Below, one piece after another: positions 57,901 to 64,000 of a stretch of DNA of 64,000 nt. How positions within the stretch are numbered: the first letter of the stretch is position 1; every line of letters starts with the position of its first letter. The stretch comes from Negaprion brevirostris (lineage: Eukaryota): contig JARDVH010000073.1 of assembly GCA_030324005.1 (NCBI GenBank), forward strand, positions 105,321,686 to 105,385,685. The letters run 5' to 3'. Made by a program: the position numbers and the translations under genes. The notes under the pieces are model-generated. The model was not told the origin of the DNA and did not search any database. It saw nothing but the letters and a program-made list of their open reading frames with translations.

Positions 57901-59243
57901 GCATATTTCTGTACCTTCTGGTTGGCAAACTGTTTATTGAAAACAGTTTCTCCTTTTCTACACCAGCTATACCCCTCACAGAAAACTCCATAGTCTGCAG
58001 AAGGCTACACTCAAGCAACTGATCTTAACTTAGAGGAGAGAATCCCCTGGAAGCTTTACTTTCTCCTTTGGTATTTTTGGATATTTTGAAGATATTTTAC
58101 TGAGGATAGGAGTTGATTTTGGCTCATGTTGCTCTTTTGTTTCTAGTCTTGATACGCCTGCTGCCAGACAACCTCCCAGAGAGTACACCATACAACTGGA
58201 ATCAGATGAAGAGCGTGAAGCCTTGATCATAGACCCCAGTGAGCACGTTGTGGTTCGGAAGGTATGTAATGCTTTCCATATATTTTTGTGTGGATTTAGT
58301 TTGCTGAAAAATATTGCTTCCCCTCAGTACTTTACCCTTGTTTCCATGGTATTCTACTTCATGGGCATATATGTCCACCAGACCAGCTCATGTATTTCTG
58401 CACCTGTTATTCAGAGACCGCAAACATCCCACTTGTGCTGTGACACCCCATTCTAGATGGGGGAATATTTTCAGTTCTTTTGGAGTGGATACCCTTCTGC
58501 TCAACAACTGACAAATTGGTGTCATGCATTCAGTGATATGGGAACCTTAGGTAAAAGTCTCTGCTAGTAGTCAAAGGATGATCACTACACAAGAAAGCTA
58601 TTTGGTCTGTTGTGCTTGTCTTACCTCTTTGAAAGAGCTATCCAATTAGTCCCACTCCTCCTCTCTTCTCCCATGGCCCAGCAATGTTTTGTTGTTTAAC
58701 TTTTTTTTTAGTAAGTTGTGGGGCATGGGTGTCGCTGGCTGGCCAGCATTTATTGCCATCCATACTTCCCTTGAGAAGGTGGTGTTGAGCTGCCTTCTTG
58801 AGCAAGTGATGCAACTGAGTGGCTTGCTAGACCATTTCAGAGGGCAGTTGAGAGGGAACCACATTGGTTTGGCTCTGGATGTATGTCCAATTCCCTCTTA
58901 AGTGTTACTATGTAATCCTGTTCCATCTTCCTTTCAGGTAATGCATTCCCGATCAAAACAATTTGTTATTTAATAAAGTCTCTTCTCCACCCTGACTTTT
59001 TTGCCAATTGCTTTAATTCTGAATTCGTTCAGATTTATTGAGGTGGATGCAAATTAACTCCAACTCTTTATTCCTCCTTCCTAGGTAAAGCGAGGAGCGC
59101 TTTCCTTCAAGAGGTGGCTGCGTGGCCGAAGTTTGTACTGCTCAAAACTAATGAGTTCAAGGGCCAGGTCACGCTACTTAGNNNNNGCTTATTTCCTGAC
59201 ACTACATATTCTTGTGTTCATGTGCCTAACGGGACTTTTATAG
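3872..59243 (+). CDS. GOLGB1: Giantin/GOLGB1-family golgin (possibly a GOLGB1-like paralogue); multi-exon gene with its 5' end outside the window; 21 exons traced
   Basis: Motifs match human giantin as I recall it: [129 protein letters not shown], and a C-terminal TM with the Y...H signature. All exon phases join in frame. Confidence 0.93.
4437..4715 (-). mobile_element. 3' end fragment of an L2/CR1-superfamily LINE
   Basis: reverse complement of the tail at 35100-35315; the same tail recurs at 58720-58800. Confidence 0.7.
4900..5235 (+). CDS. GOLGB1: giantin-like exon B ([51 protein letters not shown]...EQRIKELE), phase 0-1, with a 10-N gap at 5016-5025
   Basis: ttttcag|GAG acceptor and GAAG|gtaatt donor; coiled-coil reading on both sides of the gap. 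Confidence 0.85.
7769..7884 (+). CDS. GOLGB1: giantin-like exon C ([39 protein letters not shown]), phase 1-0
   Basis: tttatag|GA acceptor and GTG|gtatgt donor; phases fit neighbouring exons. Confidence 0.87.
8579..8696 (+). CDS. GOLGB1: giantin-like exon D ([39 protein letters not shown]), phase 0-1
   Basis: polypyrimidine tract then ttag|AGT; AATG|gtatgt donor; resembles human LQKRVVELENEKG...LEELKAEN. Confidence 0.87.
8774..8865 (+). CDS. GOLGB1: giantin-like exon E ([31 protein letters not shown]), phase 1-0
   Basis: tttcag|AG acceptor and CAG|gttggc donor; follows a 77-nt intron. Confidence 0.85.
12839..12983 (+). CDS. GOLGB1: giantin-like exon F ([48 protein letters not shown]), phase 0-1
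   Basis: cctgtag|ACA acceptor and GAAG|gtaaat donor; 145 nt. Confidence 0.85.
15293..15650 (-). mobile_element. V-SINE with non-HE1 tail, carrying a ~90-bp templated insertion
   Basis: aligns to the copies at 26371-26661, 52252-52530 and 55440-55723 except across 15331-15422. Confidence 0.85.
16855..18780 (-). mobile_element. Penelope-like element remnants (terminal repeats plus decayed GIY-YIG/RT coding on the minus strand), interrupted by a gap
   Basis: repeated GATGCTGGAA..AAATGCTGG..CAGCAGGTCTGGCAGCATCTGTGG termini; 17990-18290 is the reverse complement of the endonuclease-like region at 53170-53405. Confidence 0.65.
19697..19803 (+). CDS. GOLGB1: giantin-like exon G ([36 protein letters not shown]), phase 1-0
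   Basis: atccag|CT acceptor and GGG|gtatgt donor; bridges the phase-1 end of exon F to phase-0 exon H. Confidence 0.8.
20576..20845. mobile_element. Penelope-like foldback remnant (inverted pseudo-LTR halves)
   Basis: 20576-20640 is the inverted copy of 20663-20729; same family as 54100-54580 and 61173-61692; decayed hammerhead at 20788-20823. Confidence 0.7.
21041..21164 (+). CDS. GOLGB1: giantin-like exon H ([41 protein letters not shown]), phase 0-1; alternative in-frame donor after 21131
   Basis: ttttcag|GGT acceptor; donors GGAG|gtttgt (21131) and ACAG|gtgtga (21164), both phase 1. Confidence 0.8.
21866..22069. mobile_element. short Penelope-derived foldback element with ~60-bp inverted arms and a ~12-bp target-site duplication
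   Basis: arms ~21900-21960 and ~22008-22069; flanked by tgctcacgatat (21852-21863) and tgctcacaatat (22068-22079). Confidence 0.72.
22390..22446 (+). repeat. compound (CA)n/(CATA)n/(CACG)n microsatellite
   Basis: directly visible. Confidence 0.85.
22905..23212 (+). mobile_element. CR1-family LINE 3' end
   Basis: RT C-terminal FFT.RVV..WNKLP-type coding followed by the GGGCTGAAAGGTCTGTTTCCATGTTGT tail. Confidence 0.8.
23840..24484. mobile_element. possible old non-autonomous DNA transposon (MITE)
   Basis: imperfect ~15-bp terminal inverted repeats agaccgattttgct ... agcaaaatctggccc; no clear TSD. Confidence 0.35.
24612..24742 (+). CDS. GOLGB1: giantin-like exon I ([44 protein letters not shown]), phase 1-0
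   Basis: atacag|GA acceptor and CAG|gtaagg donor; heptad pattern. Confidence 0.88.
26371..26661 (-). mobile_element. V-SINE with non-HE1 tail, full length
   Basis: tRNA-derived head, V domain and the tail ...CAGTAACTTCATTGCAGTGTTAATGTAAGCCTTACTTGTGACTAATAAATAAAC. Confidence 0.85.
27739..28145 (-). mobile_element. CR1 LINE 3' fragment
   Basis: begins with the CATAAGAACATAAGAA tail microsatellite; same family as 49828-50438. Confidence 0.8.
29436..29556 (+). CDS. GOLGB1: giantin-like exon J ([37 protein letters not shown]), phase 0-2, with a 10-N gap at 29542-29551
   Basis: ttgcag|AAT acceptor and AGG|gtaaga donor. Confidence 0.85.
30060..30275 (+). mobile_element. 5'-truncated V-SINE ending ~25 nt upstream of exon K
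   Basis: V-domain TCTGTGTGGAATTTGCACATTCTCCCCGTGTCTG and a CR1-type tail. Confidence 0.7.
30302..30470 (+). CDS. GOLGB1: giantin-like exon K ([56 protein letters not shown]), phase 2-0
   Basis: acatag|A acceptor and AAT|gtaagt donor. Confidence 0.87.
31321..31425 (+). CDS. GOLGB1: giantin-like exon L ([35 protein letters not shown]), phase 0-0, GC donor
   Basis: tctctattag|CTC acceptor; AAG|gcatgt is the only in-phase donor before the in-frame stop. Confidence 0.78.
31960..35315 (+). mobile_element. decayed L2/CR1-superfamily LINE (endonuclease-RT remnants and 3' end) with nested insertions
   Basis: SDH-type endonuclease end near 33170; [18 protein letters not shown] motif near 34455-34512; family tail at 35200-35315; many stops and frameshifts. 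Confidence 0.75.
32240..33065 (-). mobile_element. putative solo LTR nested in the LINE
   Basis: TGTAAG...CTTCA ends, near-TSD aaagc/aaatc, AATAAA on the minus strand at 32342-32347; LINE sequence resumes near 33115. Confidence 0.5.
35700..46095 (+). CDS. GOLGB1: giantin-like giant exon M (about 10.4 kb, about 3,460 aa coiled coil; [11 protein letters not shown]...IKQSDELE), phase 0-0; the 10-N gap at 43185-43194 splits it into the two long ORFs of the track
   Basis: ORFs 35583..43208 and 43045..46107; aatattcag|GTG acceptor and GAG|gtagaa donor; many giantin motifs. Confidence 0.92.
46469..46638 (+). CDS. GOLGB1: giantin-like exon N ([57 protein letters not shown]), phase 0-2
   Basis: ccttacag|TCA acceptor and GAG|gtttgt donor. 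Confidence 0.85.
46672..47225 (-). mobile_element. decayed Deu-domain SINE (SacSINE1-like) with a nested CR1 tail at ~46803-46955
   Basis: reverse-complement similarity to 56755-57165; AGAACATAGAACAT insertion. Confidence 0.55.
47864..47985. repeat. collapsed Penelope-terminus hairpin (~35-bp stem, 12-nt loop) inserted in a CR1 remnant
   Basis: acagtaagaagtctcacaacatcaggttaaaagtcc / ggactttaacctggtgttgtgagacttcttactgt. Confidence 0.8.
48345..49637. repeat. 136-bp inverted repeat pair (48345-48480 / 49502-49637) flanking exon O
   Basis: hand alignment gives 4 mismatches in 136 nt; the same spurious ORF peptides appear on opposite strands in the track. Confidence 0.92.
48582..48642 (+). CDS. 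GOLGB1: giantin-like exon O, 5' part only ([21 protein letters not shown]...); the rest is in gap 48643-48858
   Basis: tcttcttttag|A acceptor in phase 2; positional match to human LRMEKSSWEIHERRMKEQYL; donor not visible. Confidence 0.72.
49828..51890 (-). mobile_element. two adjacent CR1 LINE fragments (49828-50438 and 50441-51890)
   Basis: two tail starts (ATAAGA.. and TTAGAGTCATACAG..) each followed by antisense RT-like sequence. Confidence 0.78.
51998..52150 (+). CDS. GOLGB1: giantin-like exon P ([51 protein letters not shown]), phase 0-0
   Basis: gttttag|CCA acceptor and AAG|gtaatt donor; matches human LKEIHQKELRIQQLNS. Confidence 0.88.
52252..52530 (+). mobile_element. V-SINE with non-HE1 tail inside the short P-Q intron
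   Basis: GGGCAGCATGGTGGCACAGTGGTTAGCACTG head, V domain, and CTAATAAATAAACTT end. Confidence 0.85.
52558..52722 (+). CDS. GOLGB1: giantin-like exon Q ([55 protein letters not shown]), phase 0-0
   Basis: acacag|GTT acceptor and CAA|gtaggt donor; matches human LEEKNTLSIQL..SQSLRENQQHYGDL. Confidence 0.88.
52735..53845 (+). mobile_element. Penelope-like element remnant with a GIY-YIG endonuclease C-terminal fragment and inverted termini
   Basis: 53173-53405 translates [15 protein letters not shown]...VACDFNS...[24 protein letters not shown], with a frameshift; termini inverted relative to each other. Confidence 0.78.
54100..54580. mobile_element. internally deleted Penelope-like element with inverted pseudo-LTRs and hammerhead-like motifs
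   Basis: 54135-54222 is inverted against 54495-54580; encodes [20 protein letters not shown], typical of a GIY-YIG C-terminus. Confidence 0.8.
55063..55160 (+). CDS. GOLGB1: giantin-like exon R ([33 protein letters not shown]), phase 0-2
   Basis: ctatag|AAT acceptor and GAG|gtgagt donor; conserved PGAPQE. Confidence 0.9.
55440..55821. mobile_element. fused tail-to-tail V-SINE pair (+ 55440-55723, - 55724-55821)
   Basis: near-full + copy joined directly to the reverse-complemented head of a second copy. Confidence 0.8.
56755..57165 (+). mobile_element. decayed Deu-domain SINE (SacSINE1/AmnSINE-related)
   Basis: CTTGAGCACA..GGATGAGAC..AAAAGACCCCATG..GCTGTTTGTGG..GCAAATGGGCTG..TTGGCTGTGA..CTTTGAGAC..AAATGCA order matches the Deu-SINE layout as I recall it. 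Confidence 0.6.
57208..57342 (+). CDS. GOLGB1: giantin-like exon S ([45 protein letters not shown]), phase 2-2
   Basis: cctag|G acceptor and GCG|gtcagt donor; matches human RVAAENALSVAEEQIRR. Confidence 0.88.
58147..58261 (+). CDS. GOLGB1: giantin-like exon T ([38 protein letters not shown]), phase 2-0
   Basis: tttctag|T acceptor and AAG|gtatgt donor; EALIID corresponds to human EQALLID. Confidence 0.87.
59085..59243 (+). CDS. GOLGB1: giantin-like last coding exon with the C-terminal transmembrane anchor ([52 protein letters not shown])
   Basis: ttcctag|GTA acceptor; basic juxtamembrane stretch then a hydrophobic TM with the Tyr and His conserved in giantin/CASP/golgin-84; TAG at 59241-59243; the 5-N gap keeps the frame. 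Confidence 0.92.
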   Translation, partial: VKRGALSFKRWLRGRSLYCSKLMSSRARSRYLXXAYFLTLHILVFMCLTGLL

Positions 59244-59963
59244 GTGCACCAAAAAAGACTTTGCTGAACGGTATATACGTAGTTATGGTGGGGCATTGAG
59301 GTAGGTGTGGTTTAACCTATCCACTGTTGGTACAGGACAGGGTAGGGTGAAATCTTGGTTTTGTGCTCTCACTCTCTATCGAAGTCAGTGGATGGGCAAG
59401 AGGCAAAACAATCAATCAACCTGCACCATTTTCCCAAACTGTGGATTAGATAAAAATTACCCTGTTGTATTGGTGAAAGCTGCTAATAAGTTGAGCAATG
59501 ATTACAGTTATGTAAATTTTTTTAATGTTAAAAGTATTGTATGAAGTGTATTGTCAAGATATGTTTATAACTGCTGGTGAGATTGTGAACTGGGTTTAAA
59601 ACTGTAACTGTTTGCCTGCAATTGAACTCCAAAGTTACTCTGCTACAGATGATTATATAATAGTTGCATTATGTAAAATTGTGTATATTTTCTGATGTGG
59701 AAAGCAATATTATTTAACTCTACCACCCAAGAGGTGGAACATCTGGGAAAGGCTGAAAGATTATTTTTGTGCTTGGAAATGTATTTGTAAATTGAAATGG
59801 TACAGGTAGTTGAAGAGAAACACTGATATTGTTTGATAATTTAAAATGCAGTGTTGCTTTCATCTTGATTATGACAAGATGTTTGTAACCAGGGTGCAAT
59901 GTAGAAAAACACAGGTTTTGAAAATATTATATCAGCTAATTTCTTGTTTAAGGAAAAGTTCTT

Positions 59964-59969
59964 ATTAAA
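59964..59969 (+). promoter_or_regulatory. candidate polyadenylation signal (ATTAAA); alternative AATAAA at 60462-60467
   Basis: at the end of an AU-rich, repeat-free ~720-nt stretch after the stop and followed by GU-rich sequence; not verifiable without RNA data. Confidence 0.4.
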
Positions 59970-60732
59970 AGTTGAAATGCATCACGTACTTGTTGACTGT
60001 TTCATAGCACAAACTTTAGTTTGAGACAGAGAGCAAAGAAAATTACAGCACAGGAACAGACCCTTCGGCCTCTAAGCCTGCACCGACCATGCTGCCGGTC
60101 TGAACTAAAGCCCCTATCCCTCCAGGGACCATATCCCTCCATTCCAATCCTGTTCATCCAGATGCCCCTTAAAAGTTGCTCCTCGTTCCAACAAGTTGTG
60201 TACAAAAGCACCGTGGACTGGATTTTAATTGCAGTTATACCAATGGCACCTCTGAAGCTTAATTGCGAGAAAAATTATAGGCCTATATTGCCTTCATTTT
60301 TATATTTTTTACTGTCTTGAAATATGTTTTCTCCAAAGTGGTATCCATTTTAATTTGAGAATATTTGGTTGAATGCCTTGAGTTTTGGCATCAGACTTTG
60401 CCCATATTTTTTCTGGAGTCTGGAGACCAATTATGTTTAGCTGGTACAATGTAGAATTCAGAATAAAAGTTCCGTCAGTCCTTCAAATCTTTTTGATCAT
60501 TGATTTAGATCAGGGCTGATGTGTACCTCAACCTCATTTACCTGCCTTTAACCCATATACGTTGCCCCACCCACGCCCGACAAGAATTTATCTTCGCTTT
60601 GAAAATGAAACTTTTGAGCGGAAGGTTTCCATTAGCTTTAATGTAGAAAAAGGTATTTTTTCAGTCCTTAATGGTGTGGTTCAAATTTTAAGGTACCCTT
60701 CTTGTTTTGAATTCTTCCAGCAGTGCCAATGG

Positions 60733-61078
60733 TTTAGAATCATAGGTTCGCTACAGTGCAGGAGGCTATTTGGCTCATCGTGTCTGCACTGACTCGCCAG
60801 CAGAGCATCCTACCCAGGCCCTATCCCCATGACCCCATATATTTCCCACTAATCCCCCTTTTCCACACATCTTGGTGCACTAAGAGGCAACTTATCATGG
60901 CCACTCCACCTAAACTTACACATCTTTGGACTGTGGGAGGAAACAGGAACACCGGGAGGAAACCTACACAGACACAGGAAGAATGTGCAAACTCCACTCA
61001 GTCACCCAAGGCTGGAGTTGAACCCAGGTCCCTGACACTTTGAGGCAGCGATGCTAACCACTGTCCCATCATGCTGCC
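60733..61078 (-). mobile_element. HE1-type V-SINE
   Basis: same organisation as 205-519. Confidence 0.8.
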
Positions 61079-61172
61079 TGTTGCTGTATATCTATCCTAT
61101 AGAGGCACTTTACTCGTTTTCTAAACACAAGGTTTTTAACCATGTTTAGAAAATCTGTGTTCATAATTGAAG

Positions 61173-61692
61173 TACAGTAAGAAGTCTCACAACACCAGGT
61201 TAGAGTCCAACCAGTTTATTTGATAGTAATCCCACAGCTTTCGGAGATGGTGTCCCTTCGTCAGGTGTATGGAAGGTTCTGATCAGAGAAGGGCATATAA
61301 AGTCACACATAGTTTACGGAATATTGATTAGAATGCAAGTCTTTACAGCTAACCTGCTATTCAAGTCTTAAAGATGCAGACAATCTGAGTGGAAATAGCA
61401 TTAGCATTGGTTAAAGAGATGTGTATTGTCTCCAGACAGGACAGTAAGTGAGATTTTACAAGCCCAGGCAAGNNNNNNNNNNNNNNNNNNNNNNNNNNNN
61501 NNNNNNNNNNNNNNNNNNNNNNNNNNNNNNNNNNNNNNNNNNNNNNNNNNNNNNNNNNNNNNNNNNNNNNNNNNNNNNNNNNNAAGATCAGAGACTGATT
61601 ACCCGTGACTGCTGAAGTGTTCGCCAACAGGAAGGGAACAGTCTTGCCTGGTGATTGTTGAGTGATTTCAATGCCGGCATCTCTACTTCATA
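61173..61692 (-). mobile_element. Penelope-like terminal remnant spanning a gap
   Basis: ACAGTAAGAAGTCTCACAACACCAGG start; hammerhead-like motif at 61231-61268; AATGCCGGCATCTC end. Confidence 0.7.
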
Positions 61693-62983
61693 ATTGAAGC
61701 CTTTAAGCCCTGGTATAATTCCAGTGGACCAACCTTGTACCACCTTCAGTTCTAATATCACCTTCTGGCATATCAGTGTATGTCGTATCCAGGTAAAGCT
61801 GACTGTGCAAGCTGAAACATCACTTTGTCACTGTTGAATTCTAACATTTAATTTGTCTTTTGATTATGTTTTGAATCAATGCTTTTTTTTTAGATATCTG
61901 TGTCTAAGCTGTCAGTTGGCTGTACAGAATGTTTTGTCCCGATGAGTCCAAAGTGAAAAGCTTTGACACGAAGCCTCTCACTTCAGCAAAATATTCATAT
62001 ATGTGGACACCTCTTCTTGTGTCTACCCATTTTTTAAAAAATTGCCATTTGTTTAAAAATTGTCTGTTTAAAGTACATTATAGTAGCTAAATAGTTAAGT
62101 ATCACTATCCTGTCTTGTCTTATTTTGGTNNNNNNNNNNNNNNNNNNNNNNNNNNNNNNNNNNNNNNNNNNNNNNNNNNNNNNNNNNNNNNNNNNNNNNN
62201 NNNNNNNNNNNNNNNNNNNNNNNNNNNNNNNNNCATCAAAATGGGGTCACATTGGGGAAAAGGTTTGGGAAACATGGTTTTCAAATACAACTGAACATGC
62301 AGAAAATGCAGTGCTCCCTTGGTAGTGCACTAAAGTCCTGGAAAAGCATTGGAACCCACACCCTTCTAACCCAATGACAAGAGAGTCACCACTGAGCCAA
62401 GCTGAAGCTTAATAAAGATTGTTTGAGAAAACTGGATGTTTGGAGGGAAATTGAATATATGAAATCTAATATTGATCTTAAAAAGCTGTAATGATTGCAA
62501 AGTAAAAGTTGCAGTATTAAAAATAGTCATGTTGCACCTTTAGAGAAAGTAACCTTTTCGAGTTGGATAGGATAATTGTTTAATTGGAACCAGACCAGCA
62601 GAGTTTTTTTGTGGACTAATGATTTTATTGGCAGTTGTCTATGGAGGCACACAGTTGGATGTAGACTTTGTTATATTCCGTAAGATATGTTTATTTGCTT
62701 TCAATAGCATTGCACACGATTTATTATCTCAGGTTAAGTTTCAGGATTTATGTCAAAATTCTATAATGAACTATCATATTAGCGACTTTGACCTAAATCT
62801 AATGTTCTAAAAATTGTGACTGCCTTCTACTGGGAACTACTTTCAAAGGAAGGCAATTTTTCTACACTAATGCTAAATTCTCTTGAAAAACTGAAACATG
62901 ACATAGCCCATTGCAGAGATTGTTACACATTCTCTGTATGAGGGATTTTCCCTTCCTTTTGTCCTGGTGTTATTACTTCAGAA

Positions 62984-63660
62984 AAGATGTGCGGGTTAGG
63001 TAGATTGGCCATGATAAATTGTCCCTTGATAGCAGGGGGATTAGCAGGGTAGATATTTGCGATTGCAGGGCTAGGGTCTGGATGGGATTGCTGTTGGTGC
63101 AGGCTCGATGGGCCTAATGGCCTCCTCCTGCACTGTAGGGATTCTATGATTCTAAAACAAAATGTTCAAGTTACTCTAGGTAAGTGAGTAGGTAAGCAAT
63201 AAATCAGACCTTGGAAAGCTGCCAATGCAATTCCCAAAGATGCGGTAAGAAAATTGATTCAATGTGCATTGACAGATTATATGTGTTGGCAAAACTGTGG
63301 TAGATAGAGTTCATTATAGGGAAGTGCGAGGTCCTCCCAAGATAGATCAGAATACTTTTGAAATGGCAAAAAGCCTTGTGCTGTGAAGGAACAGCAAGGT
63401 TTTGGGATCCAATTACATAAACCTCTGAAGAGTAATTTCAGTACAGAGAACAGTGAAGACGATGTACATTTAAGGGTTCAATTTCTAAAGGGCATGCAGG
63501 AGCAGAGGGACTTAACATGCTTAAGTCGTTGAAGGTGGCAAGACAGGTTGAGAGAATGATCAATAAAGCACACAGTATTCTGGGCTTTGTTAACAGGAGC
63601 ATGGAGAGTACGAGAGCACAGAGATTATGTTAAACTTGTATAAAACTTGTAGATAACGGC
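62984..63660 (+). mobile_element. 3' half of an HE1 SINE (62984-63152) followed by a decayed CR1 RT fragment
   Basis: AAAGATGTGCGGGTTAGG...GGGATTCTATGATTCTA, then RT-like remnants. Confidence 0.65.
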
Positions 63661-64000
63661 AACTGTTTATTTTTTCCATTAAAAATGATAATGTGGGTAC
63701 GTTTAAAGGACTTGGAGTATATGTTGTATAAATGTAGAATAAACGTACACAAAGAGGATGACGTTTCCTAATAGTGATTGTATTGCAAAAAGTGCTTCAA
63801 TGGCTGTAATGTGCTTTGGGATATCCTAATGTTGTGAACGGCTCTATATAAATGTGGGCTTTTCATTTATTTTCCTCCCAGACACTAACTTAATCAATAA
63901 ATGGGAATGGGGGAGCTGACTGCAAGCTTAATTTCAGAATTCGATTTTTAAACCTCTGTTTTTATAAACCGATTATTTTATTTTCGTTCATCTTCACAAT

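Noticed and set aside
57650-59020. Recurring GAAAGAGCTATCCAATTAGT on both sides of exon T as a local duplication
   Set aside because: It is part of an old CR1-type tail also seen near 27200 and 47660, so these are independent insertions.
1-64000. CRISPR arrays, rRNA genes, prokaryotic operons or an intact transposon ORF
   Set aside because: This is eukaryotic intron-exon DNA; there are no regularly spaced repeats, and all TE coding remnants are disrupted.

Overview
This is vertebrate genomic DNA, almost certainly from a cartilaginous fish (shark-type V-SINE/HE1, Deu-domain SINE, CR1, L2-like and Penelope-like repeats), from a gappy draft assembly. The window holds most of one + strand gene, a giantin (GOLGB1)-family tail-anchored golgin. 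I traced 21 coding exons with consistent splice phases from 3872 to the stop at 59243; the start codon lies upstream of the window. The spliced CDS in the window is about 13.1 kb (about 4,360 aa, versus about 3,260 aa for human giantin). About 10.4 kb of it is one apparent giant exon (35700-46095) built partly from a 49-aa coiled-coil repeat. Divergence of the N-terminal exons and the juxtamembrane tail from human giantin suggests a giantin paralogue. Other points of interest: a GC-AG intron, an in-frame exon extension behind an AA (not AG) acceptor, tandem alternative donors, a 136-bp 97%-identical inverted repeat bracketing one exon, decayed hammerhead-ribozyme motifs in Penelope-like termini, and a locally templated insertion inside a SINE. 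All short N-gaps fall inside exons, and the three 10-N ones create artefactual frameshifts. The other short ORFs in the track are noise or transposon remnants.
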